Source: Promethearchaeota archaeon
Lineage (GTDB): Archaea > Asgardarchaeota > Thorarchaeia > Thorarchaeales > Thorarchaeaceae
Reading direction: 5' to 3'
Assembly (NCBI GenBank): GCA_048939765.1
Contig: JBHLPF010000005.1
Span: 1 to 64,000, forward strand
Length of the DNA: 64,000 nucleotides
Shown: positions 38,193-46,936 of the stretch, one piece after another
Layout of the letters: every line of letters begins with the position of its first letter
Numbering within the stretch: position 1 is the first letter of the stretch
The notes under the pieces: generated by a model
What the model was told of the DNA's origin: nothing
The model's input: the letters and a program-made list of their open reading frames with translations, nothing else
The model's database searches: none
Made by a program: the position numbers and the translations under genes

Positions 38193-40685
38193 ATGGGGCA
38201 ACGCTGGATAGTTAATCTATGCCCATTTCTGCATTTTGACAACTCAAGAGTACAGACGTATGAGCATAACATCAGCATAGTTTCTTGGAACGTCAAAAGC
38301 ATTCTGGACTATCTTGAAGTGAATCCAAGTCACAAATTTAGCGTTGACCAAGTGACACTTCTTGATGGGTTCAAGCGGCTCTTTCCTAATTACTGGGACT
38401 CCCTTCATCAACGGGTTTTGGAAGGGAGGATTGAGATTGTGGGTGGCACATATGTGATGCCTGACTTCATCATCCCGGATGGAGAATCCATAGTCCGCCA
38501 GTTTATGTTTGGCACTCGCTTCATCAGAGAGGAATTAGGAGTTGAAGTGAAGACAGGATGGGCAATAGATTCCTCCGGTCATTGCTCTCAAATGCCCCAG
38601 ATTCTCCGGCAATGTGGGATTGATTCCTATGTGTTTTGGAGGGGAATGCCCTACGACTCACCAACTGAGTTTGTATGGAAAGGGCTCGATGGCAGTCGAG
38701 TAAATGCGGCATGGCTTTCAAATGGCTATGACAGCTCCGCATGGCTATCGGAGAATCTTAGGGAGGCATTCAGTAATCTGCTAAAAGTCGCAGAACTAAC
38801 TGGAGCGAAGGCTTCCTCCCAGAATGTGCTTGTGCCCGTTGGCGGCGAGCTTGTGCCTCCGCTGCCTCACTTAGCTGACATTGTTTCCCAATGGAATGTT
38901 ACTTTTCCAGACATGCGGATGTCGATTGTAACTCCAAGAGAGTTCACTGAGAAGATCAAGGCAGTACAAGCCTCTCTACCCATGATGTCTGGAGAATTGG
39001 CATCTGGCCGCTTCTCATCTGTGAGATCTGGCGGTTTGAGCGCTAGAGTGAAGCTGAAGCAGATGAATCGCCAGCTGGAATCTATGCTGTATCTCACTGA
39101 GCTATATCTATCATTAACAGGTGATCTAGAGAATACAAGGGCATTGGAAAGCCTCTGGCTAATACTTCTCTTCAATCAAGATCACAATATTATTAGAGGC
39201 ACAATTGCCGATGAACCCTATCAGCTCGCCGAGCGTAGATTCAAACAAGCATTAGACCAAGCTGGCGAGATTCTTGAAGATGCCATAAGTGGTATCGCGT
39301 CACAGATTCCCTCTGACCCATCCAAGGCTTCATTTGTGGTATTCAATCCTCTTCCATGGCGCAGGGATGATGTGACTCGGCTTTCCCTAGATCTCTCCAA
39401 GATTCACACGCAGTTCTTCAGAATCCATGATTCAAATGGAAACAGTGTCCCGTATCAAGTAATTGGGGAAATTGTTGAGGGAAGCCCCGCAGATGTTCTT
39501 CTTCTTGCACGAGATATGCCGAGTCTTGGATATAGAGTCTACACTATTGAGCCCTCAGAAAAGCCTCCAGAGTTTGAGTCTTCTTTGCGCACTGGCAACA
39601 ATTGGGTGGAGTCAGATGATTTCATCGTCGAGTTTGATGATTTCAGTGGTGCAATGACTAGAGTGTTTGATAAACGCAATCAGTTTGAAGCTCTACGCGG
39701 TCCAAGCAACTATCTCACAATGGAAAGCGATGTTGGAGACCTCTACAGATATGCGAGATCCACACTTTCTGATGAGGAATCGGATCTTACGACATTGCGC
39801 CATTCAGGCAAGCTCTCGGTTGCTGAGTCTGGTCCACTCAGAGCCACAGTACAGGTCGAGGGAGATTTCAAGAACTCTAAGATGATACAACGGGTTGTGC
39901 TGTACGAGAGCCTTCATAGAATCGACCTTGAAACGGAACTGAATTTCAAGGGTCATAGTAAGCGTGTCAGAGCCAATTTCCCTCTAACAGTACTAGCAGA
40001 CAAAGTCGTAGTGGGTTCTCAATTTGGTGCGGAGTCCAGGACAGCCACACCGAATGATCCTGAGGGATGGGCTGACGCCAACCAGGGGCTATTTTCTGGA
40101 CTTGACTGGGTGGATTGCCCCGGACCGGAGTTTGGGATAGGATTGTCTGCATTTGGCCTGCACGAGTTTCAATTCAGAGATGGAATGCTCAGCGTAACTC
40201 TGCTGCGGAGTGTGGAACACCTGTCACATGGACGAGATGATGATGTTCTAGAGTCGAAGACTGCAAATGAAAAGGGTGACCATTCATTTCGGATGTCCAT
40301 TATTCCACACAAGGGATCTTGGAAGAACGCTGCAGTCTGGAGAACAGCCGCAGAGCATAGGCTTCCATTAATCGGCTATCCGCTGGAGGTTTCTGGGGGG
40401 TCATTGCCTGCTGAGAGATCATTTCTGAAAATTGAGGGAATGGAACTTGGTCTTTCCTGTTTTAAGATCGGCTCTTCTGATCAGGAGGTCGTCATTCGAC
40501 TCTATGAGATGGCCGGCGAGGAGGGACGTGCAACTCTTGAATTTCCTTTTGGAGTATCCAAGGTCAGTCTATTAGATCTCCGTGAGAATGCCATTGGAGA
40601 CCTGCCAACATCTGGTTCAACTGTAACATTTCCAATTGATGCTCACTCGATAATCACTCTCAAAGTCACAAAAGCTTCCGGGTAG
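38193..40685 (+). CDS. Glycoside hydrolase family 38 (alpha-mannosidase-like)
   Basis: GGTYVMPD, GESIVRQ, WAIDSSGH..QMPQI, FVWKGLDGS, VFNPLPW, TLLRS, RLYE; no signal peptide. Confidence 0.9.
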   Translation: MGQRWIVNLCPFLHFDNSRVQTYEHNISIVSWNVKSILDYLEVNPSHKFSVDQVTLLDGFKRLFPNYWDSLHQRVLEGRIEIVGGTYVMPDFIIPDGESIVRQFMFGTRFIREELGVEVKTGWAIDSSGHCSQMPQILRQCGIDSYVFWRGMPYDSPTEFVWKGLDGSRVNAAWLSNGYDSSAWLSENLREAFSNLLKVAELTGAKASSQNVLVPVGGELVPPLPHLADIVSQWNVTFPDMRMSIVTPREFTEKIKAVQASLPMMSGELASGRFSSVRSGGLSARVKLKQMNRQLESMLYLTELYLSLTGDLENTRALESLWLILLFNQDHNIIRGTIADEPYQLAERRFKQALDQAGEILEDAISGIASQIPSDPSKASFVVFNPLPWRRDDVTRLSLDLSKIHTQFFRIHDSNGNSVPYQVIGEIVEGSPADVLLLARDMPSLGYRVYTIEPSEKPPEFESSLRTGNNWVESDDFIVEFDDFSGAMTRVFDKRNQFEALRGPSNYLTMESDVGDLYRYARSTLSDEESDLTTLRHSGKLSVAESGPLRATVQVEGDFKNSKMIQRVVLYESLHRIDLETELNFKGHSKRVRANFPLTVLADKVVVGSQFGAESRTATPNDPEGWADANQGLFSGLDWVDCPGPEFGIGLSAFGLHEFQFRDGMLSVTLLRSVEHLSHGRDDDVLESKTANEKGDHSFRMSIIPHKGSWKNAAVWRTAAEHRLPLIGYPLEVSGGSLPAERSFLKIEGMELGLSCFKIGSSDQEVVIRLYEMAGEEGRATLEFPFGVSKVSLLDLRENAIGDLPTSGSTVTFPIDAHSIITLKVTKASG

Positions 40686-40764
40686 ACTATTTCGTACATT
40701 CAAGATAGCCTTTTGAAGCCAAGAAAAAAGACTCATAGGACCAAGACATCAGTGAGGTCTGATA

Positions 40765-41631
40765 TTGAGCGACTTCTATCCTATCTCACCATTGGTTGGT
40801 ATCACCAACACAAGCTATGCGGCTCAAGCTGGAGTTATGGATGAAAAGTGGGCATGCCGGGTGGTCAGAGGCAAGAAGATTCTTGTCGAGAAGACAGTCC
40901 ATGAATTGGATTTGGATTCCTTTGTGGGAGTGATCTATGGTCACATAAGACTTGAAGGCCTCAGCAGACATGCAGTGGCTCAATGCGCTGGCCGACTGAT
41001 GCAGTTCTCCCGGAAGTATCAGACTGCTGGAGTATGTCCGAACTACGAGCTTTCAGACCTTGTATATGATGACGGCAGCTCGCCCACAGCTCCTTCTGAG
41101 GGAGAATCTGAGGTTCAGGCCGAGGCTTCTACAAGTATCGATGATATCTCTTTGACTGGCGTCGGTGCCATTCCCAAGCTCGAGTCCCTGAACGGCAACG
41201 AGCTCTGGAAGCACGCAATCCATTCCTATGGTGCAATGCTATCTGAAATGGCAGCATATGGTGGAAATCTTCCTTCTGGCCATCTTGATGTCATGTTCGA
41301 GAATGTAGCAAATGAATTGGTCAGAATATGGAGTGCATCTGGTGAAGGAGTTGATGTCCTTTCGAGTTTTGGAAACATGATTCTCAGTTGCTCAAAAGAA
41401 GCGCAGCTCCCTGCAGCTCCAGTGCACAGGATGAAGATAGAAACAGGACGTTGTGAGCTTCTGGCAATGGCCAGGCAGATTGATCCCGATGGGAAGAAAC
41501 TTCCAGCGGGCTATCCATGTGCATTCCATGAAAAGGTCGCAGAGAAGGTTAGCAAACTTATCGGAGCCAAAATCGAAGTCAATACCTCCTCAACTGGGTG
41601 CATTGTTCAAATCACTCTAGACCTAGGCTAG
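40765..41631 (+). CDS. Hypothetical two-domain protein, C-terminus possibly V4R/HNOB-like
   Basis: Acidic linker; C-terminal C..PC..GC.V.I pattern. Confidence 0.5.
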   Translation: MSDFYPISPLVGITNTSYAAQAGVMDEKWACRVVRGKKILVEKTVHELDLDSFVGVIYGHIRLEGLSRHAVAQCAGRLMQFSRKYQTAGVCPNYELSDLVYDDGSSPTAPSEGESEVQAEASTSIDDISLTGVGAIPKLESLNGNELWKHAIHSYGAMLSEMAAYGGNLPSGHLDVMFENVANELVRIWSASGEGVDVLSSFGNMILSCSKEAQLPAAPVHRMKIETGRCELLAMARQIDPDGKKLPAGYPCAFHEKVAEKVSKLIGAKIEVNTSSTGCIVQITLDLG

Positions 41632-41722
41632 AATATCGCCGACAGCCTTAAATCGCTCCTCCCGCCTGAGGTAGAATTAGACGAGACCGCGTGGTAAGAG
41701 TCTCGATTAGGAGCTAACTCAA

Positions 41723-42004
41723 TTGGCTTATCTTACATGGCGTTCATATGTCCGTTCAGGGCCGGTATGTCTTGGAGCACTCCTGGTTATAGCAGGGGCA
41801 ATTATCGCACTACTCCCATCTATTGACGCACAATACGCTTTCTTCGGTGAAATGACAGTGCTCATTGGTGCAGGTGTTGCAGTGCTAGGGCTTATCTTTA
41901 TCCTGGTCGGATTCTTCTTCACAAAGAAGAAGCGCGATTCAGTTTTGGCACCAGTGGATACTAAGGTCGACGACACACCACCTCCACCACCGCCGATGGA
42001 TTGA
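41723..42004 (+). CDS. Small 2-TM membrane protein with C-terminal polyproline tail
   Basis: Two hydrophobic helices, KKKR, DDTPPPPPPMD; AGGAG RBS, TTG start. Confidence 0.75.
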   Translation: MAYLTWRSYVRSGPVCLGALLVIAGAIIALLPSIDAQYAFFGEMTVLIGAGVAVLGLIFILVGFFFTKKKRDSVLAPVDTKVDDTPPPPPPMD

Positions 42005-42032
42005 ATCGAATTCATCGAACCACTCTATAATC

Positions 42033-42099
42033 TGGGTCTGTGGGCCGTCACTGGTCCATAGCCCCATTTTGTCTCTTTTTCATTTCATCTTTATTTTTT
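42033..42099 (+). terminator. Hairpin plus T-rich tract
   Basis: TGGGTCTGTGGGCC-gtcact-GGTCCATAGCCCCA followed by T runs. Confidence 0.55.
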
Positions 42100-42174
42100 A
42101 GTTCACCTCCATCCAGCAAATCCCTATATGTAACCGAGCCAGTCTGAGTTTAGAATTGACAAAGGTAGGGAACT

Positions 42175-42465
42175 ATGACATTCCTAGAATACAGAGACAA
42201 CCAGTTTCATGAGTGTTCAGGCACGCCATCTTCTGAGATCACATTGAAGGTTGACGATGCCCAAAAGAAATTGATACTCACCGTTCCTGGTGGTGTGGGA
42301 ATGATTGCGAAGCGTTCAGCAGAACGCGGAGCGCGATCAATTCAGAAGTCAGGCTTTCAGACTGCTAGGAAAGGCCGCATTGGGGCTGGCTACGAGCTTG
42401 TCATTGAGGGTCATGGTGGGTCTCTGCCTGATAGGCTGAAACACTCTCCGAGAGAAGTATACTAG
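42175..42465 (+). CDS. Small protein, possible divergent single gelsolin-like domain
   Basis: LKVDDAQKKLILTVPGGVGMIAKRSAERGARSI parallels VVDDETKSIYLWKGTQAGIRRKFIGARVATNL of 46937..47860. Confidence 0.45.
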   Translation: MTFLEYRDNQFHECSGTPSSEITLKVDDAQKKLILTVPGGVGMIAKRSAERGARSIQKSGFQTARKGRIGAGYELVIEGHGGSLPDRLKHSPREVY

Positions 42466-42536
42466 AGCATGACTAATAGCTATGACGTACTTGACTGAGA
42501 ACCAATGGTTCAGAGGGAGCTGGAGGTCGAGGAACC

Positions 42537-44315
42537 GTGTCAGATGAAGATGTAAGACGTATGATTGAGGAAGCAACAAAGGAGTCTCTAAGACAGTCCT
42601 TTACTGAAGCTGGACGGAAATTCATTGAGGCCGCTGAAACCTCAGAGCGAAGAGGTGACTACGAGGGGGCAGATAAGCTATATCGTCAGGCCGCTGATGC
42701 CTATGAAAAAGCTGCGGACAAATATAGAACTGGCAAGGGATTCAAGAATTCCGCCCTGAATATGTGTGCTGCTGGGGATGTCTATTCAGAGCTGGGAGAG
42801 TCGCAGAAAGCTGTTGATTCCTATGGCCATGCCGCAGAGGATCTATTTGCAGCAGCAGGAGAACACCTACTCTGGGGCGAAGACGCAGAAACCGCCAAGG
42901 GTACCGCCCTTGCAATGGCAGCCTGCATGCTCCTTCTAATGATTGGAAGGGAGGCTGATTCTTTCTATCGAGCCCGTACATTCTCAGCTGAAAATGCCTC
43001 GAAGCTTAGATTCCCTGCTATCGTGCGTCTAAGTCAAATCCCCCAGATGATTGAAACCTCGATTCAAGCGATGGACCTTGAGGGTTTTGCGACTGCAGAA
43101 ACCGCTGCTGTGACAGAGTTGAAAGCAGCCCTGGCCAACGCCAATGCTCAGGAGTTCACCAAGTATGTGGATAAAGGACTGGATATGGTCAGAGAGATTC
43201 TTAGGGGCAAGCTCAAGGTTCCTAGGCTTGTTCCCCAGTTGGCCCTGCCAAATGACATGACATTTTCAGAGGAATTCCCAATTCGTGTCTTAATCCAAAA
43301 TGCAGGTGATGGTGAAGCTACAAACCTGAACCTAGAATGGCATATCGATGAAGATCTTGTAGTCATGTCCGGTGAACAGAAGAAATCGATTCCAATGCTT
43401 CCACCTGGTGAATCCCTTGACATAGCTGTTGTTGTGAAGGCGAAAGAAGGCATAATGGGTGTAAAGGAATACACCATCATGATGAAGGGTGTCTATAGCG
43501 ACAAGCTGAAGACTGAATACTCACTTCAAGCGGGGCCCGGAACGCTGGTACTCAAAGACTTCAAAGAAACAGAGAAACTTCAGCAAGCTCTTGATGTCAC
43601 AGACACTCGATTAGGACTTCTTGCTTCCACAATTGAGGACTCGCCATTTGAAAAGGAAGTATTGCATGGCGTTGTTTCATCCATTAGCAACTCAGCAAAG
43701 CAGGCACGCACCTACCTCGAAGAAGGAGATATCCCCTCTGCTCGTGGCTGCGTTCACGTAGTAAACCAGATGGTTGACAGGATTGATGCAATCCTTGGTG
43801 ATGAAGAGCTTATCACAAGAGTTTCTGAAGCCAAGGAGGCTAGGAAACGATCCTATGCTAAAGTAATGCTTCAATCAGCCAAGGAAGAGATTGATTCTAC
43901 ACTAAAAGGTAAGCAAGCTAAGATTGAGGCAGCCTCTCTTGAAGCCAAGGTTGAGTGGGGCAACGAAGCTGAATCCAAGAAAGGGCTAGCTGCGTTAATT
44001 TCTGGTGCACGCGATAAGGCATCCGATCTGATGGGCGACCTGGAGGTTCTGAAAAGCGAACTGCCCTCCGCTGCTGATTCAGTAGATCCAACTGAAGGTG
44101 CTTTGAGAACCAAACATCGTGCCATGGTAGAAACTGCAGCTAGTAGACTATCTGGGATACGAGCCGAGCTTGAACGTATATCGAGTGACAGAGTACTTTC
44201 AGTGGGCGTAGCGCCGGACACTCCGGAGAAAGTGGCGCTGGCGAAGAAGCTAGTAGACGAGCTGATCTCCGACATTGGTGCAATAATTGAATCAAAGAAG
44301 ACAGAAACTGGGTAG
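42537..44315 (+). CDS. TPR/alpha-SNAP-like solenoid + Ig-like (CARDB) domain + helical/coiled-coil C-terminus
   Basis: A..Y..AA repeats; IRVLIQNAGDGEATNL...LPPGES Ig motif. Confidence 0.65.
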   Translation: MSDEDVRRMIEEATKESLRQSFTEAGRKFIEAAETSERRGDYEGADKLYRQAADAYEKAADKYRTGKGFKNSALNMCAAGDVYSELGESQKAVDSYGHAAEDLFAAAGEHLLWGEDAETAKGTALAMAACMLLLMIGREADSFYRARTFSAENASKLRFPAIVRLSQIPQMIETSIQAMDLEGFATAETAAVTELKAALANANAQEFTKYVDKGLDMVREILRGKLKVPRLVPQLALPNDMTFSEEFPIRVLIQNAGDGEATNLNLEWHIDEDLVVMSGEQKKSIPMLPPGESLDIAVVVKAKEGIMGVKEYTIMMKGVYSDKLKTEYSLQAGPGTLVLKDFKETEKLQQALDVTDTRLGLLASTIEDSPFEKEVLHGVVSSISNSAKQARTYLEEGDIPSARGCVHVVNQMVDRIDAILGDEELITRVSEAKEARKRSYAKVMLQSAKEEIDSTLKGKQAKIEAASLEAKVEWGNEAESKKGLAALISGARDKASDLMGDLEVLKSELPSAADSVDPTEGALRTKHRAMVETAASRLSGIRAELERISSDRVLSVGVAPDTPEKVALAKKLVDELISDIGAIIESKKTETG

Positions 44316-44325
44316 ATATCTCTGG

Positions 44326-45531
44326 TCACATTCTTCTCTTGTCCATGAATTGTTCTAGCCTGTTCATTGCCTCCTCTATCATATCAGGTGGAGGAAGGAA
44401 TACGCTCCTGAAATGTGCGGAGCCATATATCGGATCAAAGCCAGAACCGGGGACAAACACGACGCCTGTGTTTTTGAGAACATCGAGCACAAACTCCGTG
44501 TCATTTGCCCATCGGCCCATCAGCTCAATCCTCGGCATGATGTAGAATGCGGCTTGAGGCAACCGTGTTGAAATTGAATCAATCTCATTCAGCCTTTTCC
44601 ATATCAGATCTCTTCTCCCTCTCAATCTAGCTATTACGTCTTTCAGATGACTGCCATCACTTCTGAGGGCGGCTGCAGTGGCTAGTTGTGCCGGGGCATT
44701 TGAGCAGATTCTGACTCTGGCTTGCCTTACCATCGCATCGCGAAGCGGCTCGAGTTCTCCATCTTGGTCATGATAGTACACATACCCCACTCTCCACCCG
44801 GGAGCGAGGTAGACCTTGCTGACACCATTAAAGCCCATGACTGGATTCTCTCCTGCTGCATTGGCCATTGGAGTCTGATCCTTGTCGAAGGTGAGTTGGT
44901 CGTAGATCTCGTCGGCGATAAGTGGAAGTCCGTATTCTCCTGCTATTCCCGCTATATCCTTGAGTGTCTTCTCATCATAGACTGCTCCTGTTGGATTATT
45001 CGGATTGATGACGAGGATTCCTACGGTCCTCTCATTGATTTTCTTCCTAAGGTCATCGGTATCTGGAGCCCAGTCTTCATCCTCTATTGTACGATATGTC
45101 TTTGGAACTCCACCAAAGAAGCTGACATAACCGATATACGGCGGATATGAGGGACCCGGAACCAGAAGCTCGGACCCATCATTCACGAGTGCTCCCGCTA
45201 GAAACTGGATTGCCTCTGAAACCCCAGTCGTGGCAATGATTCGAGCAGGATCAACATCGATTCCGTTAACTCGCTTTTCCTTCTCAGCTGCTGCTTCCTT
45301 AAGTTCATCAAGCCCTTCTGACGGAGAGTAACCATTAACGCCATCACGTGTAGCCTTACACATGGCATCAACCATGAAATCAGGCGTCTTCCAGTCATAC
45401 TTGATTGGATCGCCGATGTTGAGATAGAGTGGGGGTTCTCCACTCTCTTTCTCATACTGCCTGGCAGCCACTACCACATCTCTAATGGCATATTTCAGGT
45501 TTGCAGCTCTGGATGTGATTCTCAATTTCAA
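44326..45531 (-). CDS. Class I/II aminotransferase (AlaA-like alanine aminotransferase)
   Basis: LNIGDP, INPNNPTG, ADEIYD, GVSKVYLAPGWRVG. Confidence 0.9.
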   Translation of the reverse strand: MKLRITSRAANLKYAIRDVVVAARQYEKESGEPPLYLNIGDPIKYDWKTPDFMVDAMCKATRDGVNGYSPSEGLDELKEAAAEKEKRVNGIDVDPARIIATTGVSEAIQFLAGALVNDGSELLVPGPSYPPYIGYVSFFGGVPKTYRTIEDEDWAPDTDDLRKKINERTVGILVINPNNPTGAVYDEKTLKDIAGIAGEYGLPLIADEIYDQLTFDKDQTPMANAAGENPVMGFNGVSKVYLAPGWRVGYVYYHDQDGELEPLRDAMVRQARVRICSNAPAQLATAAALRSDGSHLKDVIARLRGRRDLIWKRLNEIDSISTRLPQAAFYIMPRIELMGRWANDTEFVLDVLKNTGVVFVPGSGFDPIYGSAHFRSVFLPPPDMIEEAMNRLEQFMDKRRM

Positions 45532-45596
45532 ATGAATCCACTCGAGTCTGTCGACTCGAGGCCTCCGTATATTATTTCCGATGCTTCTAGTAAGGG

Positions 45597-46415
45597 CTAG
45601 GACCTTCTCCTCATAATGATGACAATTACCACTAAAGCAACAAGAGCTCCTCCACCAATCACTGCAATCATGACGACGTCAATCGGCGGCGGGGGGGGTA
45701 TAATCTCGTCATCAACCACAATATTGTCAATCGCAGGACCTCCTTGACTATAGATCTTGAAGCATTCAGGGGTGTCGTAGGAAGTATCTACCGCTGACAT
45801 TCGAAGCACGCCATTGAGATAGACTTCGAATTGTCCAGAGGAGTTCCTCGTGATGTCGATATGGTGCCAACCTATCATTTCAGGTGGCCTATATCGATCC
45901 AATGTGGTGATAGACCCTGTCCCTGGAGTGCGCCGGTACAAGACAAACTCGTCGCTCCAATCATAAAAACTACCTGTGAATGGTATTATCCCATACTCAT
46001 ACGGTACTGAACTCAGCCAATCTGGCCAATCAATACTGTCATTGTCCCAATAGCCACTGAAGAATGATACATAGAAATGATGCCTGTATTGATCTTGCAC
46101 ATCAAGATCAAAGCTCCACGTGCCTGTACCCTGAGTGTAATTGTACATTGCAATAGTCCAATGATTATTTCCTCCTAGGAATCGTAGCATGCCTTCGGAC
46201 ACAGAATAGTTGGCAGGGAGAGGAAATCCATCTTCATAATGCATTCCCCAAAACTCCCAACCGGATATATCATTGAAGTCTTCTGACCACACAACGTCAC
46301 TAGGCGAGTAGCTCTTCTGTATACTAGGAGTGTTATTATGAGGACTGATAGCCAAGACCGTGATCAGCAAACATGAAATGAGGAGCATCACAGTAGCTAA
46401 TCTTCTCATTTCCAA
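45597..46415 (-). CDS. Secreted beta-sandwich (LamG/ConA-like) protein with C-terminal membrane anchor
   Basis: Signal peptide; WHHIDITR..FEVYLNG; PPPPP linker; TM + RRRS. Confidence 0.65.
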   Translation of the reverse strand: MEMRRLATVMLLISCLLITVLAISPHNNTPSIQKSYSPSDVVWSEDFNDISGWEFWGMHYEDGFPLPANYSVSEGMLRFLGGNNHWTIAMYNYTQGTGTWSFDLDVQDQYRHHFYVSFFSGYWDNDSIDWPDWLSSVPYEYGIIPFTGSFYDWSDEFVLYRRTPGTGSITTLDRYRPPEMIGWHHIDITRNSSGQFEVYLNGVLRMSAVDTSYDTPECFKIYSQGGPAIDNIVVDDEIIPPPPPIDVVMIAVIGGGALVALVVIVIIMRRRS

Positions 46416-46520
46416 TTCAATCTCTCCTCCATTCAGCTTTCCTTAGCTGAATGTCGGAAAGATATGCTCTAGCTTTAACAAAAATCTGCCGGTTTGAATC
46501 GAGGGTGAATCCGCTCTATG

Positions 46521-46916
46521 TCACGTCGAGAGCAAGTCGCCAACTTCTTTGGCATACTTCCTCATCTGAGTTGTAGCCAGACCCATGGATGTCAAGTCCT
46601 TGGCAGCACCCATGAGTAGAAACTCTCCGGCTTGCGAGAGAACTGCAAATCCCTTCGCTCCTCTGACCGTCACCTCGAAGAGGTCCCCCAAGTCCAGTTT
46701 CTCAGGGGATGCAGCCATTTCTCCTGTCATCAATAATGCGGCGCTTACAGCTGCCATGAGGTCCGGATCTGCTTCAGATTCTTCTGTGGCGAAGTACGCC
46801 AATTTGACACCTTGTTTGCTGACCACTGCAATTGCGTCAAGGTCTGCATAGTTAGTCAATCCCATCAGGAGTTCTACCAATTCTCTCTCTTTTTCTGGGT
46901 CGAGATGTTGCGACAT
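46521..46916 (-). CDS. Roadblock/LC7 protein
   Basis: IAVVSKQG, DLMAAVSAALL, VTVRGAKG, SMGLA. Confidence 0.85.
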   Translation of the reverse strand: MSQHLDPEKERELVELLMGLTNYADLDAIAVVSKQGVKLAYFATEESEADPDLMAAVSAALLMTGEMAASPEKLDLGDLFEVTVRGAKGFAVLSQAGEFLLMGAAKDLTSMGLATTQMRKYAKEVGDLLST

Positions 46917-46936
46917 TGTATTTTGCTCCCTATTGA

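Noticed and set aside
46430-46453. 9-bp hairpin CATTCAGCT/AGCTGAATG upstream of the LamG-like gene
   Set aside because: A real inverted repeat, but it cannot be assigned as terminator, operator or leader element from sequence alone.
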